Below are positions 56,220 through 64,000 of a stretch of 64,000 nucleotides of DNA, in pieces. Both the position numbers and the translations under genes were made by a program. The DNA is from Alphaproteobacteria bacterium (GTDB taxonomy: Bacteria; Pseudomonadota; Alphaproteobacteria; Rs-D84): the NCBI GenBank assembly GCA_017962125.1, contig JAGCVZ010000011.1, positions 182,255 to 246,254 of the forward strand, read 5' to 3'. The notes beneath the pieces are model-generated. The model did not search any database, was not told where the DNA came from, and saw only the letters and a program-made list of their open reading frames with translations. How positions within the stretch are numbered: position 1 is the first letter of the stretch; every line of letters begins with the position of its first letter.

Positions 56220-56993
56220 ATGAACAGTTTTCACAAAAATCTTAACCGAATGGCGATTTTTACGGCTTTTGTACTATGCTTGTGCATCATTTTTTACCGG
56301 ACATTTTTTGCTATTGCCATTGCAAACATATACCTTAACGGTGTAATCATCGGCACAACGCTTTTCGGAATAATCGTCTGTTTTATCAAGATGTTTGCAT
56401 TACTGCCGGAACACAGGTGGTTAAATGAATATACTCATGGGGTCAAAAAACCTAAATTACCTCCCCGCCTGCTTCGCTCTGTTGCGTTATTATTACATTA
56501 CCAACGCAATAAATTGACTGCTGGGGGGTTGCGCAGTGTATTGGATATAATTCAGATAAAAATGGATGATGATGGTGAATCGGTACGTTACACCGTAAAC
56601 ACCCTTGTTTTTTTAGGTTTACTTGGTACATTTTGGGGGTTATTGGTAACCATCGGTGGCTTTGCAGAACTAATAAGTAATTTAAATTTCAATAATGAAA
56701 CTGTATTAGAAACAATGCAAGCCGGACTTTCACAACCGCTTGGTGGTATGGCGACCGCGTTTACCAGTTCGCTACTCGGCCTTGGGGGCAGTTTGGTTGT
56801 CGGTTTCTTAGGTTTACAATTACAGCTAGCACACAATGCGATACTTCACAATCTTGAAGAATTCTTGTCGGCACGGACGAATATATCTCATACAAATTTG
56901 GTAGAATCCGCCCTGCCCCAGATTGAATCAGTACTTGACCGCATTCATAGTCACGTTGAAAACTTAGATGAAAAATTGGAACTAATCGAATAA
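56220..56993 (+). CDS. MotA/TolQ/ExbB proton-channel family protein
   Basis: 257 aa. TM helices and the conserved C-terminal TM pair ..LGLLGTFWGLL.. and ..LGGMATAFTSSLLGLGGSLVVGFL... ATG at 56220 with a GGGGGAAAAA RBS. Confidence 0.7.
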   Translation: MNSFHKNLNRMAIFTAFVLCLCIIFYRTFFAIAIANIYLNGVIIGTTLFGIIVCFIKMFALLPEHRWLNEYTHGVKKPKLPPRLLRSVALLLHYQRNKLTAGGLRSVLDIIQIKMDDDGESVRYTVNTLVFLGLLGTFWGLLVTIGGFAELISNLNFNNETVLETMQAGLSQPLGGMATAFTSSLLGLGGSLVVGFLGLQLQLAHNAILHNLEEFLSARTNISHTNLVESALPQIESVLDRIHSHVENLDEKLELIE

Positions 56994-57018
56994 AAAACAG
57001 TGCGAGGGAGAAAACAAA

Positions 57019-58152
57019 ATGTTCAGATTAAATTTTCGAAGCAAACCAAATACATGGCCGGCATTCATAGACCTGTTTTCAAATTTGGTTATAATATTGA
57101 TATTTTTGCTAATCGTCTTTGTGTTTTTATGGACGACGACCAGCGTATTTAATAAACGCAACGGGGTTAAGACTATTGCGGAATTAAAACAAATGAACAT
57201 AGAACAAACTGCACAAATCAATCAAATGACCGCAGATAATGAAGAAGCCATGCGGTTATTAATTCAAGCACGTGCAGAATTGCTATCTAACCAAGACGAA
57301 TTGGACAGCAAGAATTTATCTATGATTGACATAATTACCGCATATGAAAACGAAGTATCCAAGGTAAAATCCAGTGATGATGCCGCCCGACGCGAAGTCG
57401 CAGAACTGCGCGAACAACTAGCACAAACAACTGCTATCAAAGAACAACTTGTCGAATTAGAACAACAACGCAGTATATTACAGGAAAAAATGCAAAAACA
57501 GGTAAATGTTCAACAAGAATTGATAGATGCCCAAGAATCAGAAATGGCGAAATATACGTCGGAATTAAAACGTCTAAATGCCGCGCTTACCAACGCAGAC
57601 AAAGAACTTTTAAGCCAACAGGTTAAATACATCGAAATGTCAAATAAACTAAACAAGGCGCTTGCCGACAAAGTTGCCGAATTGCAAGACATGCGCGAAT
57701 ACCAGTCTGAATTTTATCGTGCGGTAAAAATTGCACTTGGCGATACAGAATCAATAGAGGTTGATGGAGACCGCTTTATCGTGCAAAGCGACATACTATT
57801 TCCAACCGGCTCATACAAGTTATCAACCGAAGGTAAAAAACAATTACGCCTTGTATCAAATGTCATCAAAGAAATGGAAATGAAAATTCCATCAGACATT
57901 GAATGGATAATTCGTGTTGATGGTCATACTGACAATAAGCCTGTCGTTCCTGGCAATCGCGCATATTCAAATAACATGGAATTGTCATTACTGCGTGCGA
58001 CGGCGGTAGTGAACGAACTAGTGCGGGACGGCGTACAGAGCAAACGTCTTGTTCCTACGGGATTTGGCGATATGTACCCATTTGTTCCGAACACAACCAA
58101 GGCGAACATGCAGAAAAACCGTCGCATTGAATTGAAACTCACGAATAAATAG
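57019..58152 (+). CDS. MotB/OmpA-C-like peptidoglycan-binding protein with long coiled-coil linker
   Basis: 377 aa. N-terminal TM (LVIILIFLLIVFVFLW), an ~200-aa Q/E/L-rich coiled coil, and a C-terminal OmpA/MotB domain (RVDGHTDNKP..NMELSLLRATAVVNELV..NRRIEL). RBS GAGGGAG. Confidence 0.7.
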   Translation: MFRLNFRSKPNTWPAFIDLFSNLVIILIFLLIVFVFLWTTTSVFNKRNGVKTIAELKQMNIEQTAQINQMTADNEEAMRLLIQARAELLSNQDELDSKNLSMIDIITAYENEVSKVKSSDDAARREVAELREQLAQTTAIKEQLVELEQQRSILQEKMQKQVNVQQELIDAQESEMAKYTSELKRLNAALTNADKELLSQQVKYIEMSNKLNKALADKVAELQDMREYQSEFYRAVKIALGDTESIEVDGDRFIVQSDILFPTGSYKLSTEGKKQLRLVSNVIKEMEMKIPSDIEWIIRVDGHTDNKPVVPGNRAYSNNMELSLLRATAVVNELVRDGVQSKRLVPTGFGDMYPFVPNTTKANMQKNRRIELKLTNK

Positions 58153-58345
58153 TGGAAAGTGTTAGTGTAAGTGGTTAGTAATTTCTGGAATTATTTCATA
58201 ATTGTGAAATTATTCTGGAAAACAAAGTTCCCCTCTGGAAATCACCCACAAAAAATGTTGCACTTTTTTTGCGGGAACCGGTATAGGGGTGCCGCGGCAC
58301 CGCTTTGTGGTGACGGGCGGGGTGTCGCCCACTAACACTTTCCAC
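58150..58345. repeat. IR-bounded GC-rich element (MITE/REP-like), stop-motif family
   Basis: Perfect 16-bp terminal inverted repeats GTGGAAAGTGTTAGTG (58152-58167) and CACTAACACTTTCCAC (58330-58345). Left end begins with the motB-like stop TAG (TAGTGGAAAGTGTTAGTGTAAGTGGTTAGTAA). Core has GGTGCCGC-GGCACC and the AAAGTTCCCCTC block. Confidence 0.6.
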
Positions 58346-58407
58346 TCCAACACTTTTCCCTTTCCTTTTTTCATAACTTATGATAAAATGCATCAGCATA
58401 GAGAGAG

Positions 58408-60393
58408 ATGAAATTCTATTCGAGCCTTTTATTCGGTGTAATTTTTGCAATGACTGCTTTGCCGGCGGTCTCTAATGTTGCGACAACGGCTGGATCGAAC
58501 CTTACTGCATACAATGGCACCGGTGCCACGAATAATAACAAATGGAATAACCTTATGAACGGTCGCGCCGGTATGTCGCAAACCACGGCAGAGGCGAATT
58601 TTGGAAACTGTAATGCGATTGTGTTGCGTTGCGCGTCGCCAAAGTGCGCATCGGGTGGATGTACCGACATGAATGTTGCGGCGGCAATAGTTGCAGGGTG
58701 TGTAAATTCAAATCAAAATTGCAAGCAATATGGCGATGACTTAATCCAGTACATCACCGCCCAGGTTGTGGCGCAATCAACTGCCAAGGTGCAGCAACAA
58801 CAAAACGCCGTTGAAATAGCCAAGGCACAGGCCGATGCCCAGGCGTCCGCAGCAGCGCAGAGTAACGCCCAAATGCAACAAATGCAGCAGCAAATGGCGC
58901 AGATGCAACAGCAAATGGCGGAATCTATGAACGCGATGCAGGAGCAAATGGCGGCGGCGGCGGAATCACAAAACGCACAAATTCAAAGCGCATTAGAAGC
59001 CCAGACCACATCGGCAAATGCCTATGCAAACACCGGCGCAGCCCCGATCGAAACCGGCGCGGTGATTTCGGGACTCGAAGGCCTTGGGGTCGCGGAACAA
59101 CTGGCCGCGAAAAACGGCATCAGTGCGGAAATTTTGGTTCGCGAACAAATTGGCGGTCAAATTGAAACCGCGATTGAAGATGCAACACTTAAAATGAAAG
59201 AATTAAAACAGCAACTTGATGCAATCATTGAATACGCAGGTTGTGACCCATCGGTAACAAAATGTACCGGTCCAAAACGTGTTAAAAAATTCAAAGACAT
59301 GGCAAACGAATTTTTCGACCCGTACGAAGGTGTTCTTGAAAGTATGTATGATGCACTTATTACCGCAGTTACGGTCGGTATTGATGTGAGTGATGTTGTT
59401 ATGTTGCTAAGTGATTCATGTAATTTGTGGGGAAAATTCCTTTGTGACCCATGCTCTTTACCCCAAGCAAAAAAAGATGGACAAGCCACAGATCCATCTA
59501 CCAATGAAATTTGCTTCTGTAATAATTATAACGATACAACACACGAATACACAAATTGTTACTATCGCGTCAAGACAAGTTCATCAAATGATGGACGTGT
59601 TACCAGCAAACAAAGTCATTGCCGTATGGTCGGCCAAGTAGGCAACAAAGAAGATGTTTGGCACGAATGGATTGATCCAAATTCGGGCATAGGCGGCGCA
59701 ACCCAGGTCGCGTGCGCTTCTGATATTATCGGGGATATATCCATATTTAGTACCGTTATAAAACGCAAAAACACAACGATAGATATCGAAACATTACGCG
59801 ACCTTATAAACCAAGATTCTTGTACCTGCGGTGTTAACAAAGACGGCTCTTTCGATGTTTTAGAAGATTGTTGCGCCAGACGTTGCAATGTTGACCCACA
59901 TAACGATAAAGATAGAATGAGCCAATTACAAACAGCCGTCGACACAAAAAAGTGGCCAACAAAAAATGCGTGCTTTGCAGATGAAAAAAGTTTCAGAAAA
60001 TTAGACAACGGCGGTTCATCGAATAGTGAAATCGCCACAACAACCAACATAACCGTCACTGGGTTGAATACAAACATTAATTCTTGCGATGCATATCTAA
60101 CAGAAACAGCCTGCACATTTGTATCCGATAATTGCATATGGTTAAGCGCATCAAAAAAATGTATCAGTAAAACCATAGACACCAATTTAACATTTAACCA
60201 AAATTTGGTTAACAATGAAAACAACATCTTAAAAGGCACAAACACAACTATTGAAGCAAAGAACGGTATAATACAGGCACAATCTGGTTTTTCCGGTGTT
60301 GTTAACGGGGCATGCAGTTCTTACAATCTGTTTGAATGTCCGGAAAATGTATGCAAAAAAAATTACATAACAGGTAAATGTGTGAATAAATAA
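58408..60393 (+). CDS. large secreted cysteine-rich protein, divergent paralog P5
   Basis: 661 aa. Signal peptide, then CNAIVLRCASPKCASGGC (Cx6Cx4Cx4C), a Q/M/A-rich repeat (..QMQQMQQQMAQMQQQMAESMNAMQEQMAAAAE..), and a Cys-rich C-terminal half. RBS GAGAGAGA. Confidence 0.65.
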   Translation: MKFYSSLLFGVIFAMTALPAVSNVATTAGSNLTAYNGTGATNNNKWNNLMNGRAGMSQTTAEANFGNCNAIVLRCASPKCASGGCTDMNVAAAIVAGCVNSNQNCKQYGDDLIQYITAQVVAQSTAKVQQQQNAVEIAKAQADAQASAAAQSNAQMQQMQQQMAQMQQQMAESMNAMQEQMAAAAESQNAQIQSALEAQTTSANAYANTGAAPIETGAVISGLEGLGVAEQLAAKNGISAEILVREQIGGQIETAIEDATLKMKELKQQLDAIIEYAGCDPSVTKCTGPKRVKKFKDMANEFFDPYEGVLESMYDALITAVTVGIDVSDVVMLLSDSCNLWGKFLCDPCSLPQAKKDGQATDPSTNEICFCNNYNDTTHEYTNCYYRVKTSSSNDGRVTSKQSHCRMVGQVGNKEDVWHEWIDPNSGIGGATQVACASDIIGDISIFSTVIKRKNTTIDIETLRDLINQDSCTCGVNKDGSFDVLEDCCARRCNVDPHNDKDRMSQLQTAVDTKKWPTKNACFADEKSFRKLDNGGSSNSEIATTTNITVTGLNTNINSCDAYLTETACTFVSDNCIWLSASKKCISKTIDTNLTFNQNLVNNENNILKGTNTTIEAKNGIIQAQSGFSGVVNGACSSYNLFECPENVCKKNYITGKCVNK

Positions 60394-60397
60394 AAAA

Positions 60398-61150
60398 ATG
60401 AAAACGAAAATGAAAATCTTTAATATTGTTGTTGGTGCAATTCTTTGTGCACTGCCGATAACATCGCATGCAACCGAAGAATGCACATTCTTTTCACCCG
60501 CCTTGGCACTGTGCAGTGTGCACGCTTATAACGTTGGTGACGCAGAAAACCCGACAGATACGGGGCGCGCAACCGATATCGAAAATGTTATCGCACTTAA
60601 ATCTACATTTATGGTGCAACAGTTAAAACAACAATACGATAAATTAAATACGGTTATCAAACGCCTTAAAACCCAACTGAACAAGGCGGTTTTAACCAGT
60701 AAAATAGAAGTCCTTACGGGCAACACATCGTCATCATCAAATTCATCATCGGGCGGGTCGAATTCGAATAATACTGTATCGATATCCGGCGCATCCGATT
60801 GTTCAACTTATTCCGGAACGGCAAACATTGCACAGTGTTTGCAACCGAACATTCAATTGATTATAAACACCGCAAATTCCGGTAAAATCACAGAAGCCCG
60901 AAATCAACTTATCAAAGATATGAACACAGCGACTACTTGGAAGTTATGTGATAAAGAACAGACTCAGACGGCATGTTGTAGCGCCATAAAAGGCAAAGAC
61001 ATAACTCAAGCCATCAAGGGTATGAATGCCGCAAATTTAATTTCTTGTGCAAATGAATTTCGCGCGGCAATTGTAATAAAGATGGAAGAAAATAATAACA
61101 AGAATCGTAATAACTATTCTGGTTGGGGTGCCAACAATAACGGTGGCTAA
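60398..61150 (+). CDS. secreted Cys-containing S/N-rich protein (250 aa)
   Basis: ATG is 4 nt after the P5 stop. Signal peptide ..ILCALPITSHA. 10 Cys. Ser-rich spacer SSSSNSSSGGSNSNN. Confidence 0.55.
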   Translation: MKTKMKIFNIVVGAILCALPITSHATEECTFFSPALALCSVHAYNVGDAENPTDTGRATDIENVIALKSTFMVQQLKQQYDKLNTVIKRLKTQLNKAVLTSKIEVLTGNTSSSSNSSSGGSNSNNTVSISGASDCSTYSGTANIAQCLQPNIQLIINTANSGKITEARNQLIKDMNTATTWKLCDKEQTQTACCSAIKGKDITQAIKGMNAANLISCANEFRAAIVIKMEENNNKNRNNYSGWGANNNGG

Positions 61151-61159
61151 CCCCCAAAT

Positions 61160-61404
61160 TTCCAAATAATTCCAGAGACTAAAGTTCCCCTCCTGCGGAG
61201 GGGTGCTGGGTAGCACCCGGCGGGGTGGTCTTTTACAAACAATTTGAAAATTCAAACGACCACCTCCCCCTTCGGGTACTCCTCCACAGGAGGAGAACTT
61301 TGCACTCTGCCCCCGCGGAGATACCGCTTTTCAACGGTATGACGATAAAAAACGGGCACAACCGCGCCCGTTTTCCATCAATCACTAACCACTAACACTC
61401 CCCA
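61160..61404. repeat. composite GC-rich structured element related to the 58150 element, ending in a stop-motif terminus at the pgk stop
   Basis: AATTCCAGAG, the AAAGTTCCCCTCC block, hairpins CCCCTCC-TGC-GGAGGGG, GGTGCT-GGGTA-GCACC, CTCCTCC-ACA-GGAGGAG and ATACCG-CTTTTCAA-CGGTAT. On the minus strand the end reads TAG-TGGGGAGTGTTAGTGGTTAGTGAT, where TAG is the pgk stop. Confidence 0.55.
61351..61375. terminator. bidirectional intrinsic terminator (AACGGGC..GCCCGTT flanked by A6/T4)
   Basis: Within the composite element. T-run follows on the minus strand after pgk. Confidence 0.45.
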
Positions 61405-62574
61405 CTAACACTCACGCAACACTTCTATCCCCGGCAATTCGCGACCTTCGATAAATTCCAAAAATGCGCCACCTCCGGTTGACACATACGTTATATCGCC
61501 CATCACGCCGCACGCATCCAAGGCCGCCACCGTATCGCCACCACCAACAATACTTTCAAGTTTTCCACTACGTGTATTATTGGCAATCGCACGCGCAATC
61601 GCGAACGATCCAAACGACCACGTCGGTTGCCACTCCGCCATACCAACCGTTCCGTTCCAAATTACAGTTGCGGCCTGGCCTATTTCAACCGCATCACGCT
61701 GCGCGGTTTTCGGTCCACCGTCAATAATCACATCGTCCGGCGCAATGTCCGCAATATCTTTATCAGTGCGTGGCGCATTAGGTTCAAAGACCGGTCCAAC
61801 ACCCTTGTCCAGTGGCACCAAGAAACGGCAGTTATTTTCGCGCGCGTATTCCATAATCGCAAGTGCGTTTTCTTTCTGGTCCGGTTCATACAGCGAATTT
61901 CCAACCGCATCACCCATTGCATAATTAAAAGTCGTTCCCAATGCACCGCCAACAATAATCGTGTCCGACAGTTTCGCCAATGCACGCAGCACGCCGATTT
62001 TCGTCGAAACCTTGGAACCTGCGACTATAGAAAGCACAGGGTGCTTTGGATTTTCCATAACGCGTGTCAGGTTATCTATCTCGCTCTCTAACAACAACCC
62101 AGCATAGGACGGCAAAAATTTTGTTACACCAACAGTACTTGCATGCGCGCGGTGCGAAACTGCAAACGCGTCATTCACAAAGACATCAAATCCCGCTGCT
62201 AACTTTTCGGCGAACGCCGGGGCGTTTTCTTCTTCACCTGCATAAAAACGCAAATTTTCAAGCAACACCACATCGCCATCTTGCATTTCCGCCATAAAAT
62301 CGCGGTTCAGACAATCATCGACAAACGGCAACTTCATATATTCCGCCACACCGCGCAACGAATATTTCATGTCACGCGTTCCCTTTGGCCGCCCCAGGTG
62401 AGAACAAATCGCAACCCGCGCGCCCGCATTGCGCAATGCCTCTATCGTAGGCATACTCCGTTCAATACGAAATCCTTCGGTAATTTTACCATCAACAATT
62501 TGCACATTAAAATCATCGCGCAACAACACATACTTGCCCCGCAAATCCAGCCCCTGAATTGTCCTAAGTTTCAT
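61405..62574 (-). CDS. pgk: phosphoglycerate kinase
   Basis: 389 aa. MKLRTIQGLDLRGKYVLLRDDFNV.. N-terminus. Hinge and C-terminal nucleotide-binding motifs present. Confidence 0.9.
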   Translation of the reverse strand: MKLRTIQGLDLRGKYVLLRDDFNVQIVDGKITEGFRIERSMPTIEALRNAGARVAICSHLGRPKGTRDMKYSLRGVAEYMKLPFVDDCLNRDFMAEMQDGDVVLLENLRFYAGEEENAPAFAEKLAAGFDVFVNDAFAVSHRAHASTVGVTKFLPSYAGLLLESEIDNLTRVMENPKHPVLSIVAGSKVSTKIGVLRALAKLSDTIIVGGALGTTFNYAMGDAVGNSLYEPDQKENALAIMEYARENNCRFLVPLDKGVGPVFEPNAPRTDKDIADIAPDDVIIDGGPKTAQRDAVEIGQAATVIWNGTVGMAEWQPTWSFGSFAIARAIANNTRSGKLESIVGGGDTVAALDACGVMGDITYVSTGGGAFLEFIEGRELPGIEVLREC

Positions 62575-62669
62575 TTTCCCCTTTCCTTTTTTTGGTGGCT
62601 TACTTCACATTTGGCAGAAAATTCATGCCATGTTTTCCTTTGTCTTTTCCAGCTATGATTTAAAAGTTT

Positions 62670-63857
62670 TTACTGTTTAACGCCAAAGCTTATATCCATA
62701 CGAACTTCGGGTGTTTCGTCATAATTATTCATACACTCCGCGCCACCACAATCACGAACTTGGATAAGACCAACCGCCTCGGTTGGCACCCCATTTTCAC
62801 CGAAATAGCGGACATCAGAATTCACACGACTAACTTCTTCACCGTCATCTGTCCATGTCAAAGTATTATCCAACATCAAACCACTCGCGGCATCACTCGC
62901 ATACACACCGCCTTCTTCTACGTCGCTGACCAAACGATACAAATCGTCATCACCTTCGCCATCGGCGGTATAAGTATAATCAGAAAACCGTACAACTTTG
63001 CCGGCATCATCTTCTGTATATTGCACCGCGTACCAATTTTCGAAATTTGCATTCATAACACTGGTCGGACCGTTTGTGCCATCCTGATTAAAAGTCAAAC
63101 TAGCCGTCGCCTCCAACGGTAACGCCTGACCATTATCTTCGCCATCTTTAACAGACATAACATGCCCAACCACGCGTCCTGTGAAAGTATCATCACTTGT
63201 GATTCCAGTTATGTTTTCTTTTGCAATTTTTTTGCCATCATCATATCCCGCAATAAATGCTGGGCGCCAAAATTCACGACCTTCGGTATCTATATCAACA
63301 TATCCAAAGTCTGAATAACGCAACCCGAGTCCTTCGGTTTTACCCAAGGAATTATAGGTATATACCGCCGGTTTCCAATTACTCCTGCCACCATTACCAT
63401 TGTTATTGCCATTTCCATCGTTTACCAAGCCGGTAAATTCTATACTGTCGTCTTCGGCACCACGTTCAAGATATGCCGGGCCGTCCTCTGGATAACTATC
63501 ATGTTCACTAAATCCCATATCTATTCCAATAATTTTTCCATCGCCATCAACAACGAATTTAAACCCTTCGTCATCAAAACCTTCATCTGCTATTGCAAAA
63601 TGCACATTAGATAAATCATACGTACCGGCCGTACTACGCACAGACGCCCCACGTCCAAAAACCGTATTTCCATTTGCATCTGTTTGCAAAAACGTCAACA
63701 TTCCCGTCACATTTTTATTACTCGCAATCGCAGCCCTTTGCGCCGGGGTTAATTCATCAGATCCGCCCGCCGATATTCCACCCCCCGAACCATCGCGGAT
63801 TCCACCACCGTTTGTACACGCAGATAAAGCAAAACACACAATTAAAAATTTTTTCAT
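62670..63857 (-). CDS. surface lipoprotein, possibly TbpB/fHbp-like handle/barrel-domain protein
   Basis: Lipobox FALSAC. Gly-rich N-terminus after the lipobox. D/G/T-rich. C-terminus ..RMDISFGVKQ resembles the ..FGAKRQ / ..IAGKQ endings of TbpB-like domains. Confidence 0.45.
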   Translation of the reverse strand: MKKFLIVCFALSACTNGGGIRDGSGGGISAGGSDELTPAQRAAIASNKNVTGMLTFLQTDANGNTVFGRGASVRSTAGTYDLSNVHFAIADEGFDDEGFKFVVDGDGKIIGIDMGFSEHDSYPEDGPAYLERGAEDDSIEFTGLVNDGNGNNNGNGGRSNWKPAVYTYNSLGKTEGLGLRYSDFGYVDIDTEGREFWRPAFIAGYDDGKKIAKENITGITSDDTFTGRVVGHVMSVKDGEDNGQALPLEATASLTFNQDGTNGPTSVMNANFENWYAVQYTEDDAGKVVRFSDYTYTADGEGDDDLYRLVSDVEEGGVYASDAASGLMLDNTLTWTDDGEEVSRVNSDVRYFGENGVPTEAVGLIQVRDCGGAECMNNYDETPEVRMDISFGVKQ

Positions 63858-64000
63858 AATTTTCCCCCTTGATTATTTACTACATCCACATCATAGCAAA
63901 AGTATAAAAAAAATATCAAGTTTAATTCAAATAATTTTCTAAAATTTTCTTCACCGGTCCAAATGTTCGCCGATGATGTTTCGTAATGCCATATTTTTCA

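Noticed and set aside
59616-60245. 209-aa minus-strand ORF inside P5
   Set aside because: Antisense to a gene with strong RBS and signal peptide. No independent support.
58150-61412. Possibility that the repeated TAGTGGTTAGTG-containing elements form a CRISPR array
   Set aside because: Copies are few, irregularly spaced (kb apart), in both orientations, and bounded by inverted rather than direct repeats. No cas genes are present. They are MITE/REP-like elements, not CRISPR.

Overview
This is an AT-rich bacterial chromosomal segment of about 64 kb, with Gram-negative envelope genes (outer-membrane barrels, PpiD/SurA-like chaperone, DsbA, MscS, MotA/MotB-like pair). Gene content is compatible with an alphaproteobacterium-like or host-associated lineage, but taxonomy cannot be assigned from the sequence alone.

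Housekeeping genes recognised: pth, polA, cutA, prmC, ftsH, tilS, rlmE, uvrA, rodZ-like, dus, ftsB-like, tspO, mscS, infA, clpX, clpP, grpE, tpiA, tkt, rnhA, recO, pgk, the rpsF-rpsR-rplI operon, tRNA-Leu and tRNA-Arg(TCT). Between them sits an unusually dense set of signal-peptide proteins.

The main hunt results are:
- A five-member paralogous family of large (661-937 aa) cysteine-rich secreted proteins sharing an N-terminal Cx6Cx4C module (motif C-x3-Y/F-x2-C-MD-x-FC); I do not recognise the family. Several smaller Cys-rich secreted proteins and a membrane-anchored DsbA-like oxidoreductase lie nearby.
- A family of GC-rich, inverted-repeat-bounded intergenic elements whose TAGTGGTTAGTG-type termini carry stop codons in all three frames and directly supply the stop codon of at least five genes.
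- A 42-bp perfect direct repeat (the 3' end of the M23 peptidase gene) flanking an inserted 153-aa ORF.
- A stand-alone SRP54 M-domain ORF with its own ribosome-binding site.
- A duplicated tRNA-Arg 3' end (att-like) with tRNA-fragment debris.
- A conserved 74-nt stem-loop present twice, once inside a leader that also carries an intrinsic terminator.
- A MotA/MotB-like pair in which the long coiled coil is on the MotB-like protein.

The ORF track uses GTG/TTG starts in places. Coordinates of non-CDS features were derived by hand and may be off by 1-2 nt.
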